Origin: Escherichia phage vB-Eco-KMB42
Direction: 5' to 3' (one strand)
DNA: 64,000 bases
Sequence record: OR539221.1
Position 1 is the stretch's first letter, and the number at the start of each line of letters is the position of its first letter. The translations under genes and the position numbers were made by a program. The notes under the pieces are model-generated. The model made no database searches. It was not told the origin of the DNA and saw only the letters and a list, made by a program, of their open reading frames with translations. Of the stretch, positions 31,283 to 43,357 are shown one piece after another.

Positions 31283-31632
31283 TTAGAAAGGTCCTGGATG
31301 TCTTCTGCGAACTTGTTGAAGGAGTTGTTGATTTGTTTTTCAACCAATCCTGGCTTATGAGCCACCACATCCGCCTTCTTTGCGTCTTTGCGCAGTTTTT
31401 CATTTTCACGCTCAATAGCAGCAATTGCCTCACGATTTTTATTATTCATCGCATCAATATAATTATACTGAATTCGCAAATTATTTAATGCTAAAGCGTT
31501 TTCATTGGCCGTTTTTGTAATTTCTACAACAGACGTTTCTAATCTTTCAATTTTATTTTTTAAAATTAAAGAAGTTCCGCCCAATGCAATTACAATTAAT
31601 AGCAAGCCTGCTGTCGTATTACTTAATTGCAT
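31279..31632 (-). CDS. i-spanin (inner-membrane anchored, Rz equivalent)
   Basis: N-terminal TM segment then coiled-coil periplasmic domain; gene order i- then o-spanin. Confidence 0.7.
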   Translation of the reverse strand: MQLSNTTAGLLLIVIALGGTSLILKNKIERLETSVVEITKTANENALALNNLRIQYNYIDAMNNKNREAIAAIERENEKLRKDAKKADVVAHKPGLVEKQINNSFNKFAEDIQDLSK

Positions 31633-32129
31633 AAAGTTTTAATAACCTCTATAATATCGTCTTGAGAAAGACCGTTAATTAAAATATGATGTTCAGCCGG
31701 AGATTTAGAAATTTTAAAGCATGCCTCAACATTTTCTGCCATATCTGATGCGCTACGATTTGGATTACTAATTCCAAGACGATGTTTTCCCGTCAAAGGA
31801 TTAACGATGATATAGCATTTACAGTTGTTAATATGAACATTAGGTTGAGTCTGATTAATGAACACATCACAATCATATTTCGCAAGCTGATTTTCTAAAA
31901 AGACTTTCATCTCCTCAACTGCATCAGGAAGCATATCACGGGCTTGCTCAAGACGACGATTTCGATATTCTTTAATGGTCGTTTTCCGCTTGACTTGCTT
32001 AGCTAAATCTTTCTTAAGATCGGTGATATATCCAACTCGACGATTTCCTTTGAATACAGAAATCCCATCTGTAGTATCACCGTATGCTTCAACGACCATC
32101 TCAGTAGTAATAAGCTGCAAATCCATCAT
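31623..32129 (-). CDS. alc: Alc, inhibitor of host transcription (allows late gene expression on cytosine DNA)
   Basis: size ~167 aa, synteny; early promoter 32140-32200 upstream. Confidence 0.78.
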   Translation of the reverse strand: MMDLQLITTEMVVEAYGDTTDGISVFKGNRRVGYITDLKKDLAKQVKRKTTIKEYRNRRLEQARDMLPDAVEEMKVFLENQLAKYDCDVFINQTQPNVHINNCKCYIIVNPLTGKHRLGISNPNRSASDMAENVEACFKISKSPAEHHILINGLSQDDIIEVIKTLCN

Positions 32130-32139
32130 AAAGTCCTCA

Positions 32140-33778
<1,639 letters not shown>

Positions 33779-33808
33779 AATAAAATGGGCCTTGCGGCCC
33801 ACTCCTTA
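33779..33808 (-). promoter_or_regulatory. denA translation initiation region: SD AAGGAG separated from ATG by a GCAA-tetraloop hairpin
   Basis: minus-strand AAGGAG-TGGGCC-GCAA-GGCCCA-TTTTATT-ATG. Confidence 0.5.
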
Positions 33809-34984
33809 AAAGTATTTTTTAAAACTCATCATAACTTTATCATCAACATCATTATCAATCTGTGCAACAAGATAAGATGACAGTTCTACTTCTTGCGGCG
33901 CGGATTGAACATTATCAGAATTAAGGTATTCACGAATCCAAGGATATGGATGTTTAACCGGAGCATCGGTAATTGGGCATGGAAGACCACACTGTTTCAT
34001 ACGAGATACAGTTAAGTAATCAATAAAGCTCCACATGCTATTTGTATTTAATCCAGGAACATCGCCATCTTTAAATAAATGAACTGCCCAATCTTTTTCT
34101 TGGCGGTTAACTTCCATGAAAATATCAACTGCTTCTTGTTCACACTCTTTGGCAATTTTAACCCATTCATCACCATCAGTGCCAAGTTGAAGTTGACGAA
34201 TAATATACTGGGTGCCTTTAAGGTGGAGTTGTTCGTCTCGAGCAATGAATTTCATAATCTTCGCATTACCTTCCATGATTTCCATATTTTTATGGAAGTT
34301 GAAAGTACATGCAAAGGATACATAAAAACGAATAGCTTCCAGGGCATTGATAACATGAAGGCAGAGATAAAGCGACTTCATCAATGCATATTTACATTCT
34401 TCCACATGCATAAGACTATTTGAATATGCATCTAAATCATATTCATTTTCGGAAAAACATTTAAAAATTTCTTTTGCATTTTCCCATTCGCGCGTCTTAA
34501 CCAGAACATCATCATAATAACGACCAATAGATTCAGCACGTTTCATGATAGCTTTATCTAATACAATCTCATCAAATACCTTTGACGGATCAGTATAAAG
34601 ATTTCGCATAATATGAGTGTATGAACGACTGTGAATAGTTTCACTAAAAGTCCATGTAGCAACCCATGTATCAAGACTTGGGTCTGAAATTAACGACATA
34701 AGTACAGCAGACGGTGCACGACCCTGAATGCTATCTAGAAGTGATTGATACTTCAGGTTATTAGTAAAAATATCTTGCTGATATTGAGGAAGCTTGTTAA
34801 ATTGCGCAGCATCCATCATTAAGTTTACTTCTTCAGGACGCCAGAAAAATGACAACTGCTTTTCGGTTAAATCTTCAAAAACTTTATGACGTTGAATATC
34901 ATAACGCGCAATACCAAGGCCTGAACCAAAAAACATAGGTTCTTTTAAAACATCAACTGGATTTGTATTAAAAACTGTGCTCAT
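33806..34984 (-). CDS. nrdB: ribonucleotide reductase small subunit, uninterrupted (no intron)
   Basis: continuous 392-codon ORF with di-iron RNR motifs. Confidence 0.94.
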   Translation of the reverse strand: MSTVFNTNPVDVLKEPMFFGSGLGIARYDIQRHKVFEDLTEKQLSFFWRPEEVNLMMDAAQFNKLPQYQQDIFTNNLKYQSLLDSIQGRAPSAVLMSLISDPSLDTWVATWTFSETIHSRSYTHIMRNLYTDPSKVFDEIVLDKAIMKRAESIGRYYDDVLVKTREWENAKEIFKCFSENEYDLDAYSNSLMHVEECKYALMKSLYLCLHVINALEAIRFYVSFACTFNFHKNMEIMEGNAKIMKFIARDEQLHLKGTQYIIRQLQLGTDGDEWVKIAKECEQEAVDIFMEVNRQEKDWAVHLFKDGDVPGLNTNSMWSFIDYLTVSRMKQCGLPCPITDAPVKHPYPWIREYLNSDNVQSAPQEVELSSYLVAQIDNDVDDKVMMSFKKYF

Positions 34985-35035
34985 AAATTTTCCACTTAGT
35001 TAATAGATAGTGACTCGTCCGTGAGTCAAATTATA

Positions 35036-37300
35036 TCATAATTTACAGGATGAACAATCTTCAGCTTTTGGAGTTTCTATTTCATAATCATCAGTACCAG
35101 AACCATCACGGGTATTATGATAATAGAAATTTTTTCCGCCAAAATACCAAAAATACAAAAGGTCATCAATCATTATTGACATTGGAACCTTTCCTTTTGG
35201 AAAAATCTGCGGGTCATAATATGTATTCGCTGAAGCTGATTGACATACCCATTTCAGCATAATAGCTACCTGCGTAAGATAAGGTTTATTACCTTTCTTA
35301 GCTAATTTCCATGTATAATCATAGAGGTCTATGTTATGCTCAATATTGGGCACGACTTGATTAAAGGAGCCCTCTTTTGATTCTTTAACAGAGACTGGTC
35401 CACGTGGAGGCTCGATACCGTTTGTACTGTTAGAAACTTGGGAAGATGACTCACATGGCATAAGTGCTGATAATGTGCTATTACGGATGCCAAAGAGCTT
35501 AAGGTCTTCCCGCAGCGACGACCAGTCACAAACGTATTTTGGAGCTGCGATTTGGTCAATCTTTTTATTGTACCAGTCGATAGGTAATTCGCCTCGAGAC
35601 CAACGAGTGTCTGAATAATATTCGCAAGGTCCTTTTTCTTTGGCGAGCTTAATGGATGCTTTAATGAGTCCATACTGTAATCTCTCAAATAGTTCATGTG
35701 TTAAATCGTTAGCATCTTCATAAGAAGCAAAGTTACTTGCCAGCCAAGCTGCATAGTTAGTAACACCTACACCGAGGTTACGACGCTTTTTAGCTTTTTC
35801 TGCTTCAGGAACTGGATATCCTTGGTAATCCAAAAGATTATCAAGAGCACGAACTTGGACTTCTGCCAATTCATTAATTTTATCTTGGTCTTGCCAGTCA
35901 AAATTATCCAGTACGAATGCAGAGAGAGTACACAATCCAATTTCAGCATCAGGACTATTCACATCATTTGTTGGAATAGCAATTTCACAACACAAGTTAC
36001 TCTGACGAATAGGTGCCTTTTCACGAATAAACGGAGTATAATTATTCGTATTATCGATGAACTGCACATAAATCCTTGCTGTTCCTGAGCGTTCAGTCAT
36101 GAGCAATTCAAATAGTTCACGGGCTTTAATGCGCTTTTTACGAATATTAGGGTCTTTTTCTGCGGCTTCATACAATTCACGGAAACGGTCTTGGTCTTTA
36201 AAATAAGAATAATAAAGCTCGCCACCCATTTCATGTGGACTGAACAAAGTAATGTAATCGTTCTTTCCAAAACGTTCCATCATCAAATCATTCAGCTGGA
36301 CGCCATAATCCATATGACGGATACGGTTTTCTTCTACACCTTTGTTATTTTTTAGAACGAGAAGATTTTCAACTTCCAAATGCCAAATAGGATAATAAGC
36401 AGTAGCAGCGCCGCCACGAATTCCACCCTGTGAGCATGATTTAACAGCAGTCTGAAAATGTTTCCAAAAAGGAATAACACCAGTATGGCGTACTTCACCC
36501 ATGCCAATCTTAGAACCTTCGGCACGAATCATACCAACGTTAATACCAATTCCAGCACGTTTGGAGATATATTCAACAATTGAAGCGGAAGCCTTATTGA
36601 TAGACTTTAATGAATCACCTGCCTCAATAACAACACATGAACTAAACTGTCGAGTCGGAGTACGACAACCAGCCATAATAGGAGTTGGTAATGAAATCTG
36701 TCGAGTAGATACTGCTTCATAAAAATGAATAACATGTTTTAATCTATCAATAGGTTCATCTTGATGCAATGCCATTCCAATAGTCATAAATGCAAACTGA
36801 GGAGTTTCATAAATTTGACCAGTGGTTTTATCTTTAACTAGATATTTTTCTTTTAATTGCATCGCCCCGGAATAAGTAAATTCCATATCCCGCTCGTGCT
36901 TAATTTTTGATTCTAAAAATGTAATTTCTTCTGCTGAATATTTTGACAATAATTCAGGGTCATATTTACCTTCATTTACACAGTAAGAAATATGGTCAAT
37001 AAATGAACGTGGTTCATACTGCCCATAAACATGCTTACGAAGAGCAAACATTAAACAACGTGCAGCTACATATTGATAATCAGGCTCTTCAACCGAAATA
37101 GAATTCGCAGCAGCCTTAATGACAATAGTCTGAATATCATCAGTTGTCATTCCATCACGGAGATAAGATTTAATATTTTCATATAATTCATAAGGATCGA
37201 CTGATGTTCCTTCAGCTGCCCAAGATAAAACTTTAATAATTTTTTGTGGGTCAAAGCTCTGAGAAACACCACTACTTTTGATAACATTAATTAATTGCAT
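35036..37300 (-). CDS. nrdA: ribonucleotide reductase large subunit (754 aa)
   Basis: class I RNR large subunit sequence, length equal to T4 NrdA. Confidence 0.95.
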   Translation of the reverse strand: MQLINVIKSSGVSQSFDPQKIIKVLSWAAEGTSVDPYELYENIKSYLRDGMTTDDIQTIVIKAAANSISVEEPDYQYVAARCLMFALRKHVYGQYEPRSFIDHISYCVNEGKYDPELLSKYSAEEITFLESKIKHERDMEFTYSGAMQLKEKYLVKDKTTGQIYETPQFAFMTIGMALHQDEPIDRLKHVIHFYEAVSTRQISLPTPIMAGCRTPTRQFSSCVVIEAGDSLKSINKASASIVEYISKRAGIGINVGMIRAEGSKIGMGEVRHTGVIPFWKHFQTAVKSCSQGGIRGGAATAYYPIWHLEVENLLVLKNNKGVEENRIRHMDYGVQLNDLMMERFGKNDYITLFSPHEMGGELYYSYFKDQDRFRELYEAAEKDPNIRKKRIKARELFELLMTERSGTARIYVQFIDNTNNYTPFIREKAPIRQSNLCCEIAIPTNDVNSPDAEIGLCTLSAFVLDNFDWQDQDKINELAEVQVRALDNLLDYQGYPVPEAEKAKKRRNLGVGVTNYAAWLASNFASYEDANDLTHELFERLQYGLIKASIKLAKEKGPCEYYSDTRWSRGELPIDWYNKKIDQIAAPKYVCDWSSLREDLKLFGIRNSTLSALMPCESSSQVSNSTNGIEPPRGPVSVKESKEGSFNQVVPNIEHNIDLYDYTWKLAKKGNKPYLTQVAIMLKWVCQSASANTYYDPQIFPKGKVPMSIMIDDLLYFWYFGGKNFYYHNTRDGSGTDDYEIETPKAEDCSSCKL

Positions 37301-37617
37301 AAGTCCTCAACTTGAAAATCGTCTTTAAACAATCGGTTAACTATATGAGCTATTATATCACCATGACACGGCTTTGGTTTACATGTGCATCCTAGCCTCA
37401 TTCCACGTAAAGGCTCTAAATGTGCTTTAGTTATTTCTCCGGATTTAATTCGACGTATAAAATCTTTTTTGAATAATTCAATGGCAGCCTCCCGGCTGCC
37501 AGCATCTTTACCGACGTAATTTCCCCAAAATGTACCACGGTGAATATTAACATCAAAGTCGGATTTATATTTATTCACTACTCGGCATATACGGCCTGCG
37601 CGGTTGTAGGTGTTCAT
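37291..37617 (-). CDS. hypothetical protein (nrdA.1 position)
   Basis: ORF in synteny. Confidence 0.6.
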   Translation of the reverse strand: MNTYNRAGRICRVVNKYKSDFDVNIHRGTFWGNYVGKDAGSREAAIELFKKDFIRRIKSGEITKAHLEPLRGMRLGCTCKPKPCHGDIIAHIVNRLFKDDFQVEDLCN

Positions 37618-37846
37618 ATTGTTCTTCCGTTAAAACAGTAATATCGTAGTAACAGTCAGAAGAAGTTTTAACTGTAGAAATTTTATTATCAAAATACTCA
37701 CGAGTCATTTTATGAGTATAATATTTTTTGCCATAAATGATAATAGGCTGATTTGGTCCTGGAACTTCTAACTCGCTTGGATTAGGAAGTGTAAAAAGAA
37801 CTACACCAGAAGTATCTTTAAATCGTAAAATCATATATCCTCGCAA
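37571..37846 (-). CDS. hypothetical protein (nrdA.2 position)
   Basis: ORF in synteny. Confidence 0.55.
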   Translation of the reverse strand: MRGYMILRFKDTSGVVLFTLPNPSELEVPGPNQPIIIYGKKYYTHKMTREYFDNKISTVKTSSDCYYDITVLTEEQYEHLQPRRPYMPSSE

Positions 37847-37857
37847 TTAAATTAAAA

Positions 37858-38718
37858 TTATACCGCCATTTTTCCTTTAATTGGCGGGTGAGATACATAG
37901 TTTTTAAGAACAAAATCATGTGGCTTTGCAAATTGACTCAACCAAAATACCTGCGATTCTGTGTCCCATTCATCAAATTCATCTGGAAATTTTAATTGTA
38001 ATTCGCATAAATCCATAGGTTCACGGCGTAAAATTTCTTTACATTGTTCTACGTGATTCATATAGATATGAGTATTACCACCAGAAAATATCAAATCTCC
38101 AGGAATAAGATTACACATTTTAGCTACAATATGAACTAACGTAGCATATGATGCAATATTAAATGGAAGACCGAGGAAAACATCTACCGAACGTTGATAC
38201 CACTGCAAATCCAAATAGCAATTACGCACATTAAACTGATAGAACATATGACAAGGAGGTAATGCCATATATTTAAGTTCAGCTGGATTCCATGCAGAAA
38301 CAATTTGACGCCTATCATTTGGCAGTTTTTTAATACGATCAACAACTTCTATAATTTGGTCTACACCGCCAAAATCACGCCACTGTTTTCCATAAATTGG
38401 ACCAAGTTCACCGCTATGGTATCCTAAATCTTTTGCCTGATTTTCGTAATTTTCATCCCAAACTGTTTTGCCTTGGATTAACGAATCGTGTTGAATTAAT
38501 CGTAAATCATTGACATTTGTGCTTCCTGATAAAAACCATATTAGCTCAGCAATGCATGCATTCCAGGCGAGCTTTTTAGTTGTTACTGCAGGAAAACCTT
38601 TAGTTAAATCCCAGCGTAATTTAGTACCGAACAAAGCAATTGTTCCTGTGCCTGTTCGATCATCGGTTTCATAGCCATTTTCAAAAATGTCTTTAATTAA
38701 ATCTTGGTATTGTTTCAT
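37858..38718 (-). CDS. td: thymidylate synthase, uninterrupted (no group I intron)
   Basis: continuous 286-codon ORF; ThyA active-site region ALPPCH. Confidence 0.95.
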   Translation of the reverse strand: MKQYQDLIKDIFENGYETDDRTGTGTIALFGTKLRWDLTKGFPAVTTKKLAWNACIAELIWFLSGSTNVNDLRLIQHDSLIQGKTVWDENYENQAKDLGYHSGELGPIYGKQWRDFGGVDQIIEVVDRIKKLPNDRRQIVSAWNPAELKYMALPPCHMFYQFNVRNCYLDLQWYQRSVDVFLGLPFNIASYATLVHIVAKMCNLIPGDLIFSGGNTHIYMNHVEQCKEILRREPMDLCELQLKFPDEFDEWDTESQVFWLSQFAKPHDFVLKNYVSHPPIKGKMAV

Positions 38719-38763
38719 TTAGTACCTTATATAAATTATAATACATTTTATGAAGCTAAATAA

Positions 38764-39111
38764 TCAATACGGTTTAGCATCAAATTTTCTCTCAATTTCA
38801 GGCGTGAAATATAATTCTTTACCACGTTTGGAAAAGCGACCAATAATATGATAATTATTCTCATCAAACGTGATATTACCAATATCCATAGCTTTCAACC
38901 AAATATCAATATTTCTATCCAGCTTTATGTCAAAATTCCAATACGGAGAACTATTACCGAAAATACTGCAAGCGGATTCAGTGAAACAACTGCTATAAAT
39001 CTTGTCTTTAGGAACTACTAATTGATAGACACCTTTAATAAACTGAGGACCCTGCCACTTTGGCTGTTTCTCGTCTTTTTCTAATAGAATAGGGTAATAA
39101 TTAAAATTCAT
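38764..39111 (-). CDS. hypothetical protein of unknown function (115 aa) inserted between frd and td
   Basis: clean ORF with phage-like codon usage; not recognised from T4 gene set; no nuclease motifs seen. Confidence 0.6.
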   Translation of the reverse strand: MNFNYYPILLEKDEKQPKWQGPQFIKGVYQLVVPKDKIYSSCFTESACSIFGNSSPYWNFDIKLDRNIDIWLKAMDIGNITFDENNYHIIGRFSKRGKELYFTPEIERKFDAKPY

Positions 39112-39130
39112 ATTTCCGCCACGCGTTATT

Positions 39131-39953
<823 letters not shown>

Positions 39954-39969
<16 letters not shown>

Positions 39970-40313
39970 TGAAAGGGGCCAGAAGCAAATCCGCTATCTT
40001 TAATCATTTTAACTAAAGTTACCATTCCTCTGTTAACTGCTTGTGCGATTTCATTAAAAACTTCATCACTATCACCATAAAGATCGCTAAAAAGTTCTAA
40101 CACGTTCTTCTGAACCTTTAATTTACAACCAACAAATTCGCCTACAGTAAATTCGTTTCCGCCAACTCCAGCGTAAAACGTAATTACACCAGTTAATGGT
40201 CTTTCACTAGAACATAGGTCGTGTGATAAATTAATATAAGCCGTCCCGGGCGCAGTTTTAAGTTGGCAACGAATACTTACTCGAGCAATTCCAGCTACAC
40301 GAATGTCAGACAT
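39954..40313 (-). CDS. hypothetical protein (frd.2 position)
   Basis: ORF in synteny. Confidence 0.6.
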
Positions 40314-40323
40314 AATATTTTCC

Positions 40324-40566
40324 TCAGACAGACTTTTTCACAATTTTCCAATCAGCTTTAAACTGATCAACATCAGAATGATAAATCCAGAATCCTGCGC
40401 TTTCTCCGTCTTCATAAAGAGGACATCCATCACATTCATCTTCCCATCCCATATCACGTAAAAGATGTTCAGCTTTTTCAACGAGTTCAGAATCTTTACC
40501 GATGATATTAAAATACCATTTACCTCTAACTTCCGAATCTTTAATGCTCTGGCGTTGTAATCTCAT
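40324..40566 (-). CDS. hypothetical protein (frd.3 position)
   Basis: ORF with SD GAGGAG and early promoter 40575-40640. Confidence 0.6.
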   Translation of the reverse strand: MRLQRQSIKDSEVRGKWYFNIIGKDSELVEKAEHLLRDMGWEDECDGCPLYEDGESAGFWIYHSDVDQFKADWKIVKKSV

Positions 40567-40574
40567 TTTATTCT

Positions 40575-40640
40575 CCTCAGTAGTTGATAGGGTAATAGTA
40601 TCACACTACTACCCTGTTGTAAACAATTATTTTTGAATTT
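40575..40640 (-). promoter_or_regulatory. early promoter upstream of frd.3-position gene
   Basis: minus-strand GTTTAC (40619-40624), -10 TACTAT. Confidence 0.55.
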
Positions 40641-40887
40641 TATCGAGCCACTTACCAAGCTTAATCATTTCTTTAGTAGCCTTTTCCATACTTCTGAACT
40701 TAACTAATAGAGGATAGGTATCGACACCCATAACTAAATTGGTTGCAAGACTGTGTTCACCCACAAGCCATAACGAATACGTTTGAATATCGAGTCCGTA
40801 ATTTCTGTCTTTATGGACCCGTACACCCATCACTTCAAATTTCTCACTAGCTTTTTCTACCGCATCCAGGAAATCATCTTTAGTCAT
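40627..40887 (-). CDS. hypothetical protein (variable region between frd.3 and gene 32)
   Basis: ORF; start placed at ATG 1 nt after upstream stop. Confidence 0.5.
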   Translation of the reverse strand: MTKDDFLDAVEKASEKFEVMGVRVHKDRNYGLDIQTYSLWLVGEHSLATNLVMGVDTYPLLVKFRSMEKATKEMIKLGKWLDKIQK

Positions 40888-40888
40888 A

Positions 40889-41275
40889 TTAGGCCTTAAA
40901 AGTTTTTCGCAAAAGTTCAATGATTTCATCTACATTGTTTTCGTCAACAATACAGTGAATTTTTGTTACGCCAGAAACTATACCTTCATTAGCGGATTGA
41001 GGCTTTTCTAAAGCTACCTCAGTAAAGTATTTGAATTCTTCAGGGTAAATCTCAAAATACGTCTCAAGTGGGCCACCCGCCATGTATTCAGTGCCATCTT
41101 CCATAGTTACACGTACCACACATTCACCAGTACAATCATCACTTTCCATTTCATCTACAACAAAACTAGGTCCGTGCTTCTCTATTAAATTTAGCATCAT
41201 TACATTGCAACGGCACTCGTTAGCAAAGTCATTTTTAAATAAAGGGTTAATGATATAAGTTTTTCCAACTTCCAT
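40889..41275 (-). CDS. hypothetical acidic protein (variable region, 128 aa)
   Basis: ORF preceded by hairpin plus SD. Confidence 0.55.
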   Translation of the reverse strand: MEVGKTYIINPLFKNDFANECRCNVMMLNLIEKHGPSFVVDEMESDDCTGECVVRVTMEDGTEYMAGGPLETYFEIYPEEFKYFTEVALEKPQSANEGIVSGVTKIHCIVDENNVDEIIELLRKTFKA

Positions 41276-41284
41276 TTTGATTTC

Positions 41285-41305
41285 CTCATTTTAACGGGGC
41301 TATTA
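41285..41305 (-). terminator. hairpin after variable-region ORF 41320-41550
   Basis: GGGGCTA-TTA-TAGCCCC. Confidence 0.45.
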
Positions 41306-41319
41306 TAGCCCCTTGATAA

Positions 41320-41550
41320 TTATTGTTCAATCAATCCCATGTAAAATTCTGCGTCTTCAGAATCCATACCATCACAATATTCATTAGCCATAAAGCGGGT
41401 GAGGTCTTCAAGAGGACCTTCAATGACAATAGAAAAATTGCAATAATTGGGATCATCATGAATACTTGTGATACTAAGTTCAGGATAACGATTACGAATA
41501 ATCTCTTCAATATATTCAAAATCAACGATGTCAATATCAACTTTAGCCAT
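41320..41550 (-). CDS. hypothetical acidic protein (variable region, 76 aa)
   Basis: start at MAKVDIDIV with SD GAGGAAAA, downstream of early promoter 41570-41650. Confidence 0.5.
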   Translation of the reverse strand: MAKVDIDIVDFEYIEEIIRNRYPELSITSIHDDPNYCNFSIVIEGPLEDLTRFMANEYCDGMDSEDAEFYMGLIEQ

Positions 41551-41569
41551 ATCATTTTCCTCTTTAATC

Positions 41570-41650
41570 ATCAGCAGTATTGCCGATAGTTGTATAGTAC
41601 CATGGAAGGACAAGGATGTAAACAGTTTTGTGAAAAAATTTTTGAAATAA
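41570..41650 (-). promoter_or_regulatory. early promoter with A/T-rich UP element, between gene 32 terminator and variable-region ORF
   Basis: minus-strand AAAAATTTTTTCACAAAAC UP element, GTTTAC (41617-41622), -10 TACTATACA. Confidence 0.6.
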
Positions 41651-41675
41651 AAAAGGGGACCTCTAGGGTCCCCAA
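41640..41675 (-). terminator. rho-independent terminator after gene 32
   Basis: minus-strand GGGGACCC-TAGA-GGTCCCC followed by TTTTTTATTTC. Confidence 0.8.
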
Positions 41676-41695
41676 TTAATTAGTAATATAATCTA

Positions 41696-42604
41696 TTAAA
41701 GGTCATTCAAAAGGTCATCCAGGTCCGTGTCATCAGCACTAGATGAACTGCCAGAGCTTGAGCTCATAAAATCATCTTCAGTTTTTGTTTTGAAGTCATC
41801 AACATTGAATGCATCTAAATCATCAGCAACTTTATCAGCTTTCTTAGCAGCAGTTGCAGCGGCACCACCCATAGCAGCAGTTCCCATAACTTGACTGAAC
41901 TTAGTGCTCAGTTCTTCAAACGATTTGAATTTATCTTTAGAAGTCATTTCAGAAAGGTCAACCATTTGTTCGAACAGTTCTTTCTGGAAAGATTCATCGT
42001 CAATGTTTGGAATCGCAGATTGATTCAGGAATTTAGATTCGTCGTAGTTACTAAAACCAGAAACTTGTTTAACTTTCAGTACAAAGTTAGCACCTTCCCA
42101 CGGACAAGTTACATCAACAGGAGTTTCACCCATTTCAACATCAACTGCAATCATTGCGTTGATTTTATCCCAGATTTTCTTACCGAAACGGTATTTAAAT
42201 ACTTTACCTTCATTTTCTGGAGCAGCTGGGTCTTTTACTACAAGAATGTTAGCCCAGTAAGAAGTTTTACGTTTAACAAGACCGTACTCTTTATTGTCAG
42301 TGTTGTACAAATCATTTTTACTGATGTACTGACATACTGGACAAGAATCGTAATCACCGTGGGTAGATGAACAGTTTTCAATATACCATTTACCATTTTT
42401 CTTGAAACCGTGATTTACAAGAATTGCGAATGGTGCTTGTTCATCATTTTTAGACGGAAGAAAACGAATTACTGCTTGACCGTTACCCGCATTATCGAGT
42501 TTCAGTTTCCACTCGCCTTTATCTTCAGAAGAAAAACCACCTTTATTTCCAGCCAGTTTAGCCATTTGTGCAGCGAGTTCAGCAGTAGATTTACGTTTAA
42601 ACAT
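41696..42604 (-). CDS. 32: single-stranded DNA-binding protein gp32
   Basis: N-terminus [17 protein letters not shown]; zinc-binding Cys/His region; characteristic autoregulatory leader. Confidence 0.95.
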   Translation of the reverse strand: MFKRKSTAELAAQMAKLAGNKGGFSSEDKGEWKLKLDNAGNGQAVIRFLPSKNDEQAPFAILVNHGFKKNGKWYIENCSSTHGDYDSCPVCQYISKNDLYNTDNKEYGLVKRKTSYWANILVVKDPAAPENEGKVFKYRFGKKIWDKINAMIAVDVEMGETPVDVTCPWEGANFVLKVKQVSGFSNYDESKFLNQSAIPNIDDESFQKELFEQMVDLSEMTSKDKFKSFEELSTKFSQVMGTAAMGGAAATAAKKADKVADDLDAFNVDDFKTKTEDDFMSSSSGSSSSADDTDLDDLLNDL

Positions 42605-42670
42605 TTTTATTTCCTTTTTAATTTAATTAACAGTTGGTGCTATGACGATGTATGACCTCATAGCTGGTCA
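42605..42670 (-). promoter_or_regulatory. gene 32 mRNA leader: autogenous translational operator (A/U-rich UUAAA repeats) preceded by pseudoknot
   Basis: minus-strand GCTGACCAGCTATGAGGTCATACATCGTCATAGCAC then TTAATTAAATTAAAAAGGAAATAAAAATG. Confidence 0.75.
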
Positions 42671-42681
42671 GTGAGATAATT

Positions 42682-42700
42682 ATAATCTATTTATAATAAG
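42682..42700 (-). promoter_or_regulatory. late promoter (minus) for gene 32
   Basis: plus-strand TATTTATA at 42688-42695. Confidence 0.55.
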
Positions 42701-42703
42701 CAA

Positions 42704-43357
42704 TTAATACTTGCAAGATTTCACAGTTTCAATAAAAACTTTTTTAGCTTCCTGTGAATCAATATTTAAAATTTTTCTATAAGCCTTTAACTTTATAGAA
42801 TAATTATTCCAGACTAAATTATCAGTCTGTTCATCATGTTTATCGATTATATTTAAAAACGAATCAAGCAAGATAAACGTCTCAAACGAAATTATATTCG
42901 ATTGAAGTAGTTTAAAAATATAACTTGACTGAACTTTTGGATTATAATCAAAGATTTCTTTAAAAGCAGAAACTTCAACTTTTTTACTAAAATAATAAAT
43001 GTTGCGAATATCTTCTTCAAACTTAAATTTAATTTGCTTTAAGCGTCCGATATATTCACGATAAAACACAAGTGCATCAGCGTCAGAGATGTCACCAATC
43101 CAAGCATCCTGGTTAGCAACAAGATTGCTTATAAAGATTAAAGCAAGTTCCTTTAATTTATATTTTTCTGATAACTTCTGAAAAAAATACTTATCCCTTC
43201 GCTTTTGATAAGCGGCATCAGACACCCGCATGCACCAATTGTACTTAATAACATCATATTTTCCATTCATATGTTGTTTTATCATTAAGTATAATTTATA
43301 AACTGATTTACCATCAATATATCTTTCACCACCAGCAGGCATGCGGAGTTTAATCAT
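42704..43357 (-). CDS. 59: gp59 helicase loader (217 aa)
   Basis: N-terminus MIKLRMPAGGERYIDGKSVYKLYLMIK; size. Confidence 0.92.
   Translation of the reverse strand: MIKLRMPAGGERYIDGKSVYKLYLMIKQHMNGKYDVIKYNWCMRVSDAAYQKRRDKYFFQKLSEKYKLKELALIFISNLVANQDAWIGDISDADALVFYREYIGRLKQIKFKFEEDIRNIYYFSKKVEVSAFKEIFDYNPKVQSSYIFKLLQSNIISFETFILLDSFLNIIDKHDEQTDNLVWNNYSIKLKAYRKILNIDSQEAKKVFIETVKSCKY

Noticed and set aside
38719-38763. Possible MotA-box-like middle promoter (TAGCTTCA plus TATAAT) just upstream of td
   Set aside because: MotA box has a mismatch to the TGCTT core and spacing is uncertain; not reported as a feature without transcript data.
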